From: Candidatus Melainabacteria bacterium 17Bon1m
Lineage (GTDB): Bacteria; Cyanobacteriota; Vampirovibrionia; Obscuribacterales; Obscuribacteraceae
DNA length: 64,000 bases
Assembly (NCBI GenBank): GCA_032128875.1
Contig: JAVLKG010000011.1
Coordinates: 32,001-96,000, forward strand
Direction of reading: 5' to 3'
The translations under genes and the position numbers were made by a program. How positions within the stretch are numbered: the first letter of the stretch is position 1; each line of letters starts with the position of its first letter. Shown here piece by piece: positions 39,965 through 50,031 of the stretch. The notes below the pieces were generated by a model that worked only from the letters and a program-made list of their open reading frames with translations, ran no database searches and was not told the origin of the DNA.

Positions 39965-40033
39965 TACGGAGCTATCCTGTACACTTCGGCGTTCGTACAA
40001 GTCTCACGCCGAAGTGTACAGGATAGCTCCGTA
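39965..40033. repeat. Perfect 28-bp inverted repeat with 13-nt loop
   Basis: TACGGAGCTATCCTGTACACTTCGGCGT (39965-39992) / ACGCCGAAGTGTACAGGATAGCTCCGTA (40006-40033). Confidence 0.9.
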
Positions 40034-40099
40034 GAGGCGCTTCTTTCGAAAAAGCTTACACCGACAGCGTTTTGATGAATCAAACTCTCTAAACAGCAA

Positions 40100-42094
40100 C
40101 TAATGGCTGAAAAGCTGTTTCATGCACTTCGGCATTGGAGCTGAAGTGTCGACTTCGAGCGTCTTTTCGTTCTCGTAACGAACTTGGCCGGGCTTGTCCT
40201 TGCCGAGTTTTTTCACATGCTTCACTTGCGTGTAGACAACTCTGACTTTCGACCCGGATGTTCCACCCTTCGATAGTCGGGCTGCTATTTGAGCGGCTTC
40301 CTTGAGGGTGGTCAGAGGTGGTTCTTGTTTTGAAGCCGGGACGCGAATAAGAACATGCGCTCCACCCGATCCCAGAATGTGCAGCCAAATATCATTAGGC
40401 TGTGCAAGTTTGCTCAAAAGCTGATCGTTTTCGTGTCTATTTCGACCGACGTAAATGGTCCAACCGTCTGATGAAGTGACGCTGAGCATGCGAGGTTTTC
40501 CGGACTTCTTCTTGTCCTGCTGATGCTGCTGCTGGCCACCTTTGTTGAGTTGTTGCTGCTGCATTACCGCTGCTGGTTTGCGTCCGATGATGAGCTCGCG
40601 CAGCGCTCTCAACTCCTCATTTGTCTGGGCATTTTCCAGTTGCTTCATTTGCGTTTCTACGACAGCCTGTTTTTTAGCTGCTTCGTCTAAAGCCAATTTG
40701 GCTGCTTTCTGGCGGCTGCGCGATTTTGAGAACTGCCGATAAAACCATTGAGCATTTTGAGATGGCGTCAGATTAGGATTCAATTTGATTTTGATTTTGT
40801 CCGAACCGCCCGTGTACAAATCCTCGACTTCTAGTTCGGTTTGTCCAGGCTCGATAGTGCCAAGATTGGCTAAAACAAGGTCTCCGGAACGTTTCATATC
40901 ATTCAAGTGTTCGTCATTTTTTACGTGTTGTGACGCCACCGAAATTCTAGAATTTAGTTTTTCATCTTCAGAGCGAAGTTCGTTGCGCAGTCTTTCACGC
41001 AGTTGTTGAAACTGCTCGCGCGCCTCAACAGCAGCGTAGTAATCATCTACCAAGTCGTTGACGGCTGGAAAGTGCTTCCACAATCCTTGCGCACTATGCG
41101 CACCATCAGCAGCATCGGCATCGGTATCGGTGGCGCGTAATTCAGGCATCAAAGACAAAACAGTAAACCTGGACAGGTCAGATTTCATTGCCGGTTTAAA
41201 GGTCAGACGCGCTTCGCCAAGCAGTTTTACTACCGACCAAATCTTTTCTTCGCTTGCCGGATCTTTCAGCGCTTCTGCAACCGGACTTTTGGCTTCTGAG
41301 GCAAGGACAAGTTCTTCTGATAAATTTCTGCCAAGACCGGTAAACGTGTGTATCAGCCATTGTTCGACGGTTGTGAACGGCGCCGCCGCCGCTGGTGCAA
41401 CCGAGGTTTTGGTTGATGTGCCGCCACCGCCCGCGCTGGCATTAGGTGATTCTGCAACTGAAGCTTGTGCAATCGATACAGCAGCGGCGGACTGCTCGAA
41501 ATTTTCCTTCAGTGATTTCCATTGACTTGCAAAATCATCACGCGTGAGCTTGAAAATATTCGGACGTTCTTGTCCAGGCGGTCTCTTGTAAGTCAGACCG
41601 GGTGCCACTTCTCGCTGGCGGCTCATCTCTTTGGTGACAATGTGCGAAGCGGCAATTATCTTCTCTTTCGTCTTGTCCCAAAAAATCAAATTGCTGTGGC
41701 GTCCCATAATTTCCGCAGTCAATACTTTGTGAGATGCGGTGCCTACTTCATCGGTGGATGAGAAAACAAAGTCGACGATGCGCTCGCCCGGCAACTGTTC
41801 GATATGAACGAGCGTGGCAGAGGCCAAAGTCTTTCGCAGCAAGAGCGCGAAATTCGAGTTATTTTGCGGCGCCCGGTCGTTTTTTGCACCCTGTGGCGCC
41901 TGTTTTACCAGACAGATGCGCCCGTAGGTGGCGTGCGCTGAAAGTAAGAGGTGAACCATCCCTGATTTTGAACGCAGGGAGATTAAAAGTTCGTCGCGAG
42001 CCAATTGAAAAACTCTGTCAACGCGCCGGTTGAGCAATAGTGGCTTGGCTTCGTCTAGCACAGCCCGAATTGTCAGGGCATCGAACGGTTGCAT
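40100..42094 (-). CDS. rqcH: Ribosome quality control protein RqcH (NEMF / fibronectin-binding A family)
   Basis: MQPFDALT, EIMGRHSNLI, PSQNAQWFY, VGRNRHEND, WLH...GAHV, VVYTQVKHVKK. Confidence 0.93.
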   Translation of the reverse strand: MQPFDALTIRAVLDEAKPLLLNRRVDRVFQLARDELLISLRSKSGMVHLLLSAHATYGRICLVKQAPQGAKNDRAPQNNSNFALLLRKTLASATLVHIEQLPGERIVDFVFSSTDEVGTASHKVLTAEIMGRHSNLIFWDKTKEKIIAASHIVTKEMSRQREVAPGLTYKRPPGQERPNIFKLTRDDFASQWKSLKENFEQSAAAVSIAQASVAESPNASAGGGGTSTKTSVAPAAAAPFTTVEQWLIHTFTGLGRNLSEELVLASEAKSPVAEALKDPASEEKIWSVVKLLGEARLTFKPAMKSDLSRFTVLSLMPELRATDTDADAADGAHSAQGLWKHFPAVNDLVDDYYAAVEAREQFQQLRERLRNELRSEDEKLNSRISVASQHVKNDEHLNDMKRSGDLVLANLGTIEPGQTELEVEDLYTGGSDKIKIKLNPNLTPSQNAQWFYRQFSKSRSRQKAAKLALDEAAKKQAVVETQMKQLENAQTNEELRALRELIIGRKPAAVMQQQQLNKGGQQQHQQDKKKSGKPRMLSVTSSDGWTIYVGRNRHENDQLLSKLAQPNDIWLHILGSGGAHVLIRVPASKQEPPLTTLKEAAQIAARLSKGGTSGSKVRVVYTQVKHVKKLGKDKPGQVRYENEKTLEVDTSAPMPKCMKQLFSH

Positions 42095-42232
42095 GGCTCT
42101 TCGTGTTTAGGTTTAATAGGGGCTCAACTTATAGAGGCTAATCTAGCAAAAAAGTGAAGCGGTATTATGAATCCATAAGGCTTCACTGTTTTCAAAGACT
42201 TCGGGCGATACGACTGACAAAGAGGGCTAACC

Positions 42233-42901
42233 ATGCCGGCCAGTAAAAGCAAACAGTCTTTGCCGAAAGAATCGGATCAAACTGATCCTGATTCCGAGCC
42301 TGTTGAGGGCGGCAAGGTGCCGCATAAGGTTAATCCAGGCAATTTGTTTGTGCTCACGGGACCTTCAGGGGTGGGCAAAAACACCATCATTGACCGTGTG
42401 CTGGCTGAAGCTGGCGGTATTGTCGAGTCTGTGTCTGTAACCACCCGAAAGCAGCGCGAGAGCGAGCTTGACGGTGTGGACTACTTCTTCACTGATCGCG
42501 AAAGTTTTGAAAAGATGAAGAAGCAAAATCATTTTATTGAACACGCTGAGTTCGCCGGCAATTATTACGGAACACCCAGAAATTGGGTGGAGAACCGCAT
42601 CAGGGAAGGTTTGGACGTGGTTCTTGTCATTGAGGTGCAGGGTGCAAAGCAGGTCAAGAAACAGTTTCCCTCTTCGATTCTGATTTTCCTCGCGCCACCA
42701 TGCATGGACGAACTTGAAAAGCGCCTGCGTTCACGAGCCACTGAGCCTGAAGACGTGATAGCCATGCGTCTTGATAAGGCTGGGCAGGAGATGAAGGAAC
42801 GCGATGTGTTCCACTATGAAGTTGTTAACGAGGATGTCGACCAAGCTGTCAACAATGTGCTCTCGATCGTGTATGCTGAACGTTGTCGCATAAAACCTTA
42901 G
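42233..42901 (+). CDS. gmk: Guanylate kinase
   Basis: GPSGVGK, SVTTR, GVDYFF, GNYYGTP, IEVQGA. Confidence 0.97.
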   Translation: MPASKSKQSLPKESDQTDPDSEPVEGGKVPHKVNPGNLFVLTGPSGVGKNTIIDRVLAEAGGIVESVSVTTRKQRESELDGVDYFFTDRESFEKMKKQNHFIEHAEFAGNYYGTPRNWVENRIREGLDVVLVIEVQGAKQVKKQFPSSILIFLAPPCMDELEKRLRSRATEPEDVIAMRLDKAGQEMKERDVFHYEVVNEDVDQAVNNVLSIVYAERCRIKP

Positions 42902-42978
42902 CTGGTGCCCCAACTTGGTGCCCGGATAAGGGACCCAAAACCATGGGTCGAAAACCGTAAAACATAGACAGGGACCTA

Positions 42979-43191
42979 ATGAGCACAACCAGAATCCTTG
43001 ACCAGTTGATGGATAAGCATGGCAACCGCTACGAGCTAGTGCTGAAAGTTGCTCAGCGCGCCAAAGTCATCAAGACCGAAACTCGCGATCAGCACAAAGC
43101 CACCAACGCCGTAATTCAGGCCTTGCAGACGGTCGCCGCCGAAGATGACGGCACCATCTTGATCTCCCCAGGCGGTTACCAGATTTATTGA
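42979..43191 (+). CDS. rpoZ: RNA polymerase omega subunit
   Basis: GNRYELVLKVAQRAK motif; directly downstream of gmk. Confidence 0.88.
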   Translation: MSTTRILDQLMDKHGNRYELVLKVAQRAKVIKTETRDQHKATNAVIQALQTVAAEDDGTILISPGGYQIY

Positions 43192-43280
43192 TCTGGAGTT
43201 CTGCAGCGATGCGGGGGCGATGCCATGCATCGCCTGGCTCGAAACTGCCAAATTTGAATTTAGAGAATCAATTAACCAAG

Positions 43281-43313
43281 ACTCCTGCGAATTCTTAGCG
43301 CAGGAGTTTTTTT
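43281..43313 (+). terminator. Rho-independent terminator after rpoZ
   Basis: ACTCCTGCG-N9-CGCAGGAGT followed by a T run; bracketed by inverted REP-like copies near 43213 and 43344. Confidence 0.8.
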
Positions 43314-43538
43314 GTACGCCGCATAGCTAAATGGCTCTAACCTGGATGCCATGCCTCGCCCCCAGAAACACCTATTAATCTTGACTTGGATTGTCTTCAG
43401 TGGGATTCTTCCCGTTGCCAATGAGACCGGGCGGTCTTAAGCTTTGCTCAAAAGGGAAATCAGGCCTTTTCTTCAAGGGGCAAATCGACCAGGTCTGAGT
43501 ATCAGTAGAAACCGGGGAAATTCGAGAACCATTACCCA

Positions 43539-43748
43539 ATGGACATCTGGGCAATAATCCTACTTTTCGCGTTCATGGTCGGCATTATGGGCTGGGGCAT
43601 GAACCTGTTCGTCAACGGGATTCTATGGTACTGCGACTGGCGCGAGGGTACCGAGATCAACTGGGGAATGGAGACTTTCTTCACTCTCGCCATGCCCTTC
43701 ACCTGGCTGTACACGATTTTTCTTATTGTCGTTCTCTACATTCGCTAA
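43539..43748 (+). CDS. Small membrane protein (69 aa)
   Basis: Two hydrophobic, Trp-rich segments; overlaps the dusB 3' end antisense. Confidence 0.5.
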   Translation: MDIWAIILLFAFMVGIMGWGMNLFVNGILWYCDWREGTEINWGMETFFTLAMPFTWLYTIFLIVVLYIR

Positions 43749-44738
43749 GAAGCGCTCTTTGCCTTCCTTGCCGCCTACAAGCTCGGACAGCTCAGCGAGT
43801 ATGTCTGCGGCATCCTGCGCGCAACCGATCTGCGTGAGACGCGCTCTGAATGGCGCTGCGCCTGTAATTCCTTTGGTGTAGTGCGTCATGTGGCGGCGTG
43901 ATTCGTTGGACCCGATACGCGGACCTTTGTAGCGTGTGAGCCAGACGCAGTGCAGGTATGCAAGGACCAGTCGGTCAACTTCATCGGGGGCTGGCAAAAG
44001 TTCGCCTTCCTCAATCAGGTGAGTGATTCTTGGAATAAGCCACGGATTACCCAATGTTCCGCGCGCTACAGCTACTCCATCACAGCCAGTGATCTCGAGA
44101 AGTTTTACTGCATCTTCTGGCTCAAAAACATCGCCATTGCCGAAGACCGGGATGCTGAGCGCGGCTTTAACTTTCGCGATAAAACTCCAGTCTGCTTTGC
44201 CTGAGTAAAGTTGTTGGCGAGTGCGCCCATGAACAGTCACTGCAGATGCTCCAGCCCGCTCGACCATTGCACCGAATTCAACCGCGTTGCGTGAGTTGTC
44301 GTCCCACCCCAAGCGGAATTTGACGGTGACTGGAATGGAAACCGCGTTTTTCACCGAGGTGATAATGTCGCGAGCAAGCTCAGGCTCTCGCATTAGCGCG
44401 CAGCCGTCTTTACCTTTTGTAATCTTGGGGACTGGGCATCCCATATTGATGTCCACGAAGTCAGCGCCTTTCTTCTCCGCCATCTGTGCGGCTCGCGCCA
44501 TGACGTCAGGCTCGTGTCCGAATAATTGGATACCGATGGGATGCTCCGTCGGCGACAGGTCCATAATTCGACACTCGGGGCGGTTCATCAGCGCGCGGCT
44601 TGATACCATCTCCGTAGACAGCAGGCAATTCGGGTCGACCTGCCTTACGATGTCGCGAAAAACTAGGTCCGTGACCCCCGCCATCGGTGGCACGTACACG
44701 CGGCTTTTCAAAGTAATAGAGCCGATTTGAATAGGCAT
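43623..44738 (-). CDS. dusB: tRNA-dihydrouridine synthase B
   Basis: PMAGVTD, DINMGCP, TVKFRLGW, VHGRT, GNGD. Confidence 0.95.
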   Translation of the reverse strand: MPIQIGSITLKSRVYVPPMAGVTDLVFRDIVRQVDPNCLLSTEMVSSRALMNRPECRIMDLSPTEHPIGIQLFGHEPDVMARAAQMAEKKGADFVDINMGCPVPKITKGKDGCALMREPELARDIITSVKNAVSIPVTVKFRLGWDDNSRNAVEFGAMVERAGASAVTVHGRTRQQLYSGKADWSFIAKVKAALSIPVFGNGDVFEPEDAVKLLEITGCDGVAVARGTLGNPWLIPRITHLIEEGELLPAPDEVDRLVLAYLHCVWLTRYKGPRIGSNESRRHMTHYTKGITGAAPFRARLTQIGCAQDAADILAELSELVGGKEGKERFLANVENDNKKNRVQPGEGHGESEESLHSPVDLGTLAPVAVP

Positions 44739-44768
44739 ATAGAGAGTTTACAGGACACGACCGGTGTG

Positions 44769-45971
44769 ATGTCAAATAGTAAGAAGGATTTCGATTTTGG
44801 TGAACTTAAAGCTGTTCTCGAAAACGCTTATGACATCGGGGAAATTAAGCACTTAGAAGCGATTTCTTGTGATGAAGAAGAATTACTTACGGCGTCTGGA
44901 GCCTTTCTGAGCCGTTCGGAAGTTACAGGAAAAACTCAATCTGCAACCAGTTTCCGTGTCTTAGCGGACCAAGGCGAATATTTTCTCAAGCGGGTAGGCG
45001 ATTGGATTAGTGACGAAAGACTTATCGCTATCGCCGATTTTATTCGATGGACAGAGGCTAGAAGCTATGTGTTATCGCCTTCGCTGAAGACTTCTGCTTC
45101 AGGTTCTACATACGTCCAAGTAAGCGGTGACCGCTTTCAACTCTTCGAGTTTCTACCTCAGAAGAAGAGGCAAATATGGATGCGTGCTCATCTTTCAGAA
45201 GATGAATGCGCTCTGGCTGGAGATTTACTGGGGAGAATGCACCTTGCATCTGCTGAATATTTAAGCGAAAACGAAGCGCGAAAAGTAGCTCATTCTAATG
45301 CCATAGATTGGAATGCGTGCTGCGAAGCGCTGTTTGAGCGAATTAAAAGCGAAGGCGCATCCGCACATCCGGTTTTGTTGAATGTTGCAAAAAACGAGGA
45401 GTATCTCAAAGCCAAGTTCGTGAGCGCAATTCAGCTTATGAGTTCTCAGGGTAAAAACGTGGTCCCGTTGCTCGTGCATGGCGACTTCCATCCAGGAAAT
45501 GTACTGTTTCTCGAGAACAAAACCGACTCCAGTTCCGTTCGGCTTGTCGACTTTGATTATCTCCGCCTCGACCATCCCTTTTTTGATGTTGGATATGCAT
45601 TTCTTATGTTTGCCCAGGTGCTGTCGTTTGGGAAGTCGCAGCCCACGACGGATACGCCGGTAGACTGGCGTTTCGGGAAAGCTTTTCTGCGCGGTTATTT
45701 CAGAGCTTTGCAGAAGAATCCGGCTGAAAAATTAGAATTCCAAATCCGAAAAGCTGAAATCATGGCTGCTTGCCTTCATCCGAGAACATTCCTGCAATAT
45801 ACGACGTTTGCATGTTTTCTAATATTGGAGTGGGCTATAGAAAAACTGATTAACGGAACAACTCATTTTTCCGCAATCTATTTGGATGTCATTGAAACTG
45901 TCGAAAAGCTCGTCTGCTACGAACTTGGTGACCCGGTGGTGAGCAACTGGATAGAAGCGATTATCCAATAG
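44769..45971 (+). CDS. APH-like phosphotransferase (type II homoserine kinase-like)
   Basis: LGRMH, VHGDFHPGNVLF, VDFD motifs. Confidence 0.8.
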   Translation: MSNSKKDFDFGELKAVLENAYDIGEIKHLEAISCDEEELLTASGAFLSRSEVTGKTQSATSFRVLADQGEYFLKRVGDWISDERLIAIADFIRWTEARSYVLSPSLKTSASGSTYVQVSGDRFQLFEFLPQKKRQIWMRAHLSEDECALAGDLLGRMHLASAEYLSENEARKVAHSNAIDWNACCEALFERIKSEGASAHPVLLNVAKNEEYLKAKFVSAIQLMSSQGKNVVPLLVHGDFHPGNVLFLENKTDSSSVRLVDFDYLRLDHPFFDVGYAFLMFAQVLSFGKSQPTTDTPVDWRFGKAFLRGYFRALQKNPAEKLEFQIRKAEIMAACLHPRTFLQYTTFACFLILEWAIEKLINGTTHFSAIYLDVIETVEKLVCYELGDPVVSNWIEAIIQ

Positions 45972-46039
45972 TGTTTTCATGTATATTTGGCAGTTGCGTG
46001 GGAGCATTATTGGAAACGTCTCGCGAAAGACAAAAACGA

Positions 46040-46684
46040 ATGGCAAAAAACTTCACTGGTATTCAAAAGAGTTTTTCACTCCTAGCCCTACTTGCATCAA
46101 CTTGCGTGCTTCCGGCATGCGCCGTCGATTTCATCATTAGCGGAAGAATTACCGATCCTGGCGCGCATCCTGTGAGCGGCGCAAAGGTTGTCGTCTTTGA
46201 TGACGAAGCGACTTGGTCGGCGTCTGCCGTTTCGGATGCTGATGGCAAGTTCTCCGTCAAACATGAGGAATGCCAATCGTGCTTCGTTGAGATCACTCCA
46301 CGTCATAAGGGTGAGCTTGCGGCGGCACTCATTGAAGAAGTAAACGGAAAACAAAACCGGCGCTTTCTCATTCAGTTGCATCACGGTTTCGTGGTGCGAG
46401 GAAATGTTGTGGACAAAGATGGAAGACCACTGAAAGACATCGTCGTTAAGATTTCCTCTGCAGACCCAAGCGACGATTCGTCTGCTCGAATTCATGGCGG
46501 TGGTGCTGCAGTGACTTCAAAGAATGGCGACTATGAGCTTTGTTTGACGCCGGGGCAAAAGCAACTCACCATCATTAATGAGAAGTACCCGACCCTTGTG
46601 AAACACCTTGTCCAAAAGTTTCAAGTCACGTCTGACGGAGCATTGGAAAACATTGTTCTGCCGGAAAAACACCGCACCAATTAG
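46040..46684 (+). CDS. Secreted protein with tandem carboxypeptidase-regulatory-like (prealbumin-fold) domains
   Basis: ISGRITDPGAHPVSGAKV...SDADGKF and VRGNVVDKDGRPL...TSKNGDY. Confidence 0.75.
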   Translation: MAKNFTGIQKSFSLLALLASTCVLPACAVDFIISGRITDPGAHPVSGAKVVVFDDEATWSASAVSDADGKFSVKHEECQSCFVEITPRHKGELAAALIEEVNGKQNRRFLIQLHHGFVVRGNVVDKDGRPLKDIVVKISSADPSDDSSARIHGGGAAVTSKNGDYELCLTPGQKQLTIINEKYPTLVKHLVQKFQVTSDGALENIVLPEKHRTN

Positions 46685-46731
46685 TCAAAAACTTGCAGAA
46701 TCTGCGAACGTTATAGTTAAAGGAACGAAAA

Positions 46732-48177
46732 ATGCGCACCGCCTTCTTTGATTGCCCCTTCGGAGCCGCAGGAGACATGCTGCTCGGTGCGCTTGTTGAT
46801 GCCGGGTTGGACGTTGAAGCGTGGAAGGCTGAGCTTGAGAAAATCGATTTGCCGAGTGGAAGTTTTTCTGTTCGTCCTGAAAAACTGTTGCGCTGCGGTG
46901 TTCATTCCACGAAACTGCATGTGTTTCTGAGTGCCGACGCGGCGCATGAATATGATCATAAGCATGATCTCGCGCACGAGCACCATAACCATGATCACGG
47001 ACATGAGCACAGTGATGATCATGATCATAGTCACGGGCACGACCATAGTCACGGGCACGACCATAGTCATGGGCACGACCATAGTCATGGATATGATCGC
47101 GGGCACCATCACGACCACGAACAACACCTTCACCGCCATGATCATCCGCACCGCGGATTATCTGAAATTCTCAGAATTATTGAGAACTCGTCCATTCGAC
47201 CTGCTGCAAAAAAGCTCGCTGCAGATATCTTTACTCGACTGGGAATTGCTGAAGCGAAAGTTCATGGAGTTACACCAGAAGAGGTTCACTTCCATGAGGT
47301 CGGCGCTGTTGATGCAATCGTTGATATCGTCGGATTCGCCATCGGTTATGACTTGATGGCGATTGAACGCAGCATTGTGTCTGCTTTGCCGGTCGGAGGT
47401 GGAACCATCAGTAGCATGCACGGTGAATTTCCCGTCCCTGGTCCGGCGACCTTGGAGCTTCTTCGTGAGGCTCGCGCGCCTCTTGCTCAGACCTCGATTG
47501 ACTATGAATGCTTGACTCCCACGGGCGCTGCAATCTTAACGACCATTGCCGAGCGTTTTGGATCTCAGCCAGATATGACTGCTATTGATGCCATCGGATA
47601 TGGTGCGGGTTCACTAAACCCTGCTGGGCATCCAAATGTATGCCGCGTTGTTATTGGTCAATCAGTGCCTAAGAAGGGCAGCGAGAAAAACGCCCCATCA
47701 TCGCGCTATCGCAGCGAACTGATCGCTGTTGTTGAGTGTAATTTTGACGACCTATCTCCTCAAGTAATCAGCTATACATCTGAAAAATTGCTAGCTGAAG
47801 GCGCTCTCGATGTATTTGTTACGCCTTGCACAATGAAAAAGGGGCGTTCCGGTCATTTGCTATCTGTGCTTTGCAAAATGGAAGACGAACTCAGAGTCAA
47901 AGAAATTTTGCTTGCCGAAACCTCCACACTTGGTGTTCGCAGCAGCGTGACAGAACGTTTGATTGCCGAGCGCGAGTTGAAGAAAATTGACATCAAATCC
48001 GGTGAATCAGAGATGCAATCGGTTAGAGTCAAAATTGGCAAAGACCTTGACGGAAACGTTATAAACGTCCAGCCTGAATTCGAAGACTGTGCGTCAGTTG
48101 CCCGCGCGTCCGGCGCTCCTCTAAAAGAAGTTATCAGCACTGTCGTGTCAAAAGCTCGCAATGGTCGCGAGACTTAA
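46732..48177 (+). CDS. larC: Nickel-pincer cofactor nickel insertase LarC
   Basis: GAAGDMLLGAL, VHFHEVGAVDAIVDI, TPTGAAI, MKKGR, ETSTLGVR, PEFEDC; long His-rich insert. Confidence 0.95.
   Translation: MRTAFFDCPFGAAGDMLLGALVDAGLDVEAWKAELEKIDLPSGSFSVRPEKLLRCGVHSTKLHVFLSADAAHEYDHKHDLAHEHHNHDHGHEHSDDHDHSHGHDHSHGHDHSHGHDHSHGYDRGHHHDHEQHLHRHDHPHRGLSEILRIIENSSIRPAAKKLAADIFTRLGIAEAKVHGVTPEEVHFHEVGAVDAIVDIVGFAIGYDLMAIERSIVSALPVGGGTISSMHGEFPVPGPATLELLREARAPLAQTSIDYECLTPTGAAILTTIAERFGSQPDMTAIDAIGYGAGSLNPAGHPNVCRVVIGQSVPKKGSEKNAPSSRYRSELIAVVECNFDDLSPQVISYTSEKLLAEGALDVFVTPCTMKKGRSGHLLSVLCKMEDELRVKEILLAETSTLGVRSSVTERLIAERELKKIDIKSGESEMQSVRVKIGKDLDGNVINVQPEFEDCASVARASGAPLKEVISTVVSKARNGRET
47020..47091 (+). 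repeat. Four 18-bp tandem repeats encoding HDHSHG within larC
   Basis: CA(C/T)GA(C/T)CATAGTCA(C/T)GG(G/A) x4. Confidence 0.9.
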
Positions 48178-48186
48178 CTGGTGGCG

Positions 48187-50031
48187 TTATTGGACTAACT
48201 GTCCTTCTTTGTCGAACTGAACCTCATTCAGCTTCGAGCCGCTAAATTGTTCTATCGGTTTGCCTAAGTCCTTCCGTTTTAAAGGTTTTTGCTGTTCGGC
48301 AGGCGGAGGCTCCGAGCCCATATTTATTGCGGGTGGTGGTTCGTTCAGACGATAGTGCAATTGACGCGGTGGCGGCGGAACCGTGTCCATGAGGATAATG
48401 TTTTCCTCACTGCTCTTCGGTTTGGTTGGAGCTTGAAAGGCATCTTTCATTGAAATGGCATCATCGGTTTGGAAGGAGATAATGTCGATTTTAATTTTGC
48501 CGAAAGAGTTGGCGATCTTAATAGTGTCGTCATCGGAAATCTTCAAATGTCCGGCATCAACAAACACTTCATCCCACGTCGGGTCGATTGAAATCCATCG
48601 TTTGCCGTCATAAATTTCATTCCAAACATGCCAATACCACAGCGGTTGCGGCGACTGCGTGTACATTAACCCCGTGACTTCACGCGAAGGAACCCCCGCC
48701 GCGCGAGCGAGCGCATTGAATAGAAGTGCATGCTCCGTGCAGTCTCCTGCTTTGCGTTCTAAAACCTCCAAGGCTGTTGTCGAATTTCTGTTTACGTCTT
48801 TGCCGATTAGCTTGTAAACCCAGTCTTGAATGCACCGAGCCTTTTCCAATGGAGCCGTTTTACCCGCAGTAATCTCTTCTGCTTTTGCCTTAATCAGCTC
48901 ATCATCCGACTGCACCGTTGGCGTTGCTTTTAGATATTTCGCCAATTGTTCTTTCGTAATTGAATCTTTGTCGGCGGTCTGGAAGTCACGATTGACCATC
49001 AAAGTCGTGCCGCTATCGCCCTTTCCATCGGATGTTTGCAATTGACGCTGGGAATTCGGGAGGTTGTATTTTATTCCGGAGATTTTGAGCAAAACTTGCT
49101 TTAGTTTTCTCGGATCACCCATGCGAACATTCGCCGGCACAGACGATGCCTCGATAAGGTCTACGCCCACGGTGTCCAGTTTTCGCGCTGTTGACTCCTC
49201 TTCCAATCGGAAAGTAATCGGACCAATGTTGCCGCGTATCAGTCGACCGTTGTTATCGCAATCATATTGCGTGACTTCGTCATCTCTGTCATCGCGCTGC
49301 TCCAATGAGTGAATAGTCGTCGGAACACCGTTGAGGACGAGGTCTTTCCTGGCAATGTATTTGTAGTGAGAAGTGTGCTCGTTAAAATCGCCGCCGTTGA
49401 AATCAGACGATTTGTAGTCGAATTCGTCGCCGGCTTTAGGTGAAGAGCGCAGCCAGTCGCCGAGCTGTTTGTCATTGTCGAGGCTTGTTTTAGGCGGCTC
49501 TATGGTGATTGACTTCGCGCTCTTGCCGCCCGAACTTGTTTCTAAATACTTGTCGCCCTGCTTCATTACCGCACTGGTATAAGTGGCGCCGTCGTGCTCG
49601 TTGACTTGCTCTACGCTCGTCAATTCTCCGTTTCCATCCAGATTGAAAAGACGAGTAAGCGTGCTTTTGTCGATGAACGGTTTGCCGCGCTTGGTCACGT
49701 TGAAGAGGGTTTCCATCTTTTGCTCGAAGAAGTCGGATTCTCCACGCTTGATGATTTTGCTGGTGCCAATCAGGTATCCAACTTTCTTGCCTTCCAGATA
49801 AAGTCCGCACGCAAAACTCCCCTGTGCGTTCTCTGCGAACTTCCGCAGCGGGTTCTCGACTGGAATTGCTGGTTGACCAGACAGTGTTTCGCCGTCGATA
49901 TTGGGCTTTGGCGGCTCGCCTTTGGAGCAGGATGTGAGGATGAGCAAGAGTCCGCCCAGAGCGCCAGCAGATAAAACTGTTTTCATGCCGCTGCCGCGCC
50001 GAACCAATTTGAATTCCTCTCCCTTTTGCAA
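48187..50031 (-). CDS. Transglutaminase-like lipoprotein
   Basis: GDCTEHA, HVWNE, IDPTW catalytic triad; lipobox-like LILTSC (alternative start 49986). Confidence 0.88.
   Translation of the reverse strand: MQKGEEFKLVRRGSGMKTVLSAGALGGLLLILTSCSKGEPPKPNIDGETLSGQPAIPVENPLRKFAENAQGSFACGLYLEGKKVGYLIGTSKIIKRGESDFFEQKMETLFNVTKRGKPFIDKSTLTRLFNLDGNGELTSVEQVNEHDGATYTSAVMKQGDKYLETSSGGKSAKSITIEPPKTSLDNDKQLGDWLRSSPKAGDEFDYKSSDFNGGDFNEHTSHYKYIARKDLVLNGVPTTIHSLEQRDDRDDEVTQYDCDNNGRLIRGNIGPITFRLEEESTARKLDTVGVDLIEASSVPANVRMGDPRKLKQVLLKISGIKYNLPNSQRQLQTSDGKGDSGTTLMVNRDFQTADKDSITKEQLAKYLKATPTVQSDDELIKAKAEEITAGKTAPLEKARCIQDWVYKLIGKDVNRNSTTALEVLERKAGDCTEHALLFNALARAAGVPSREVTGLMYTQSPQPLWYWHVWNEIYDGKRWISIDPTWDEVFVDAGHLKISDDDTIKIANSFGKIKIDIISFQTDDAISMKDAFQAPTKPKSSEENIILMDTVPPPPRQLHYRLNEPPPAINMGSEPPPAEQQKPLKRKDLGKPIEQFSGSKLNEVQFDKEGQLVQ

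Noticed and set aside
43380-43538. Riboswitch upstream of the small membrane ORF
   Set aside because: Only a partial GGCAAA resemblance to the c-di-GMP-I class; the required paired elements were not found.
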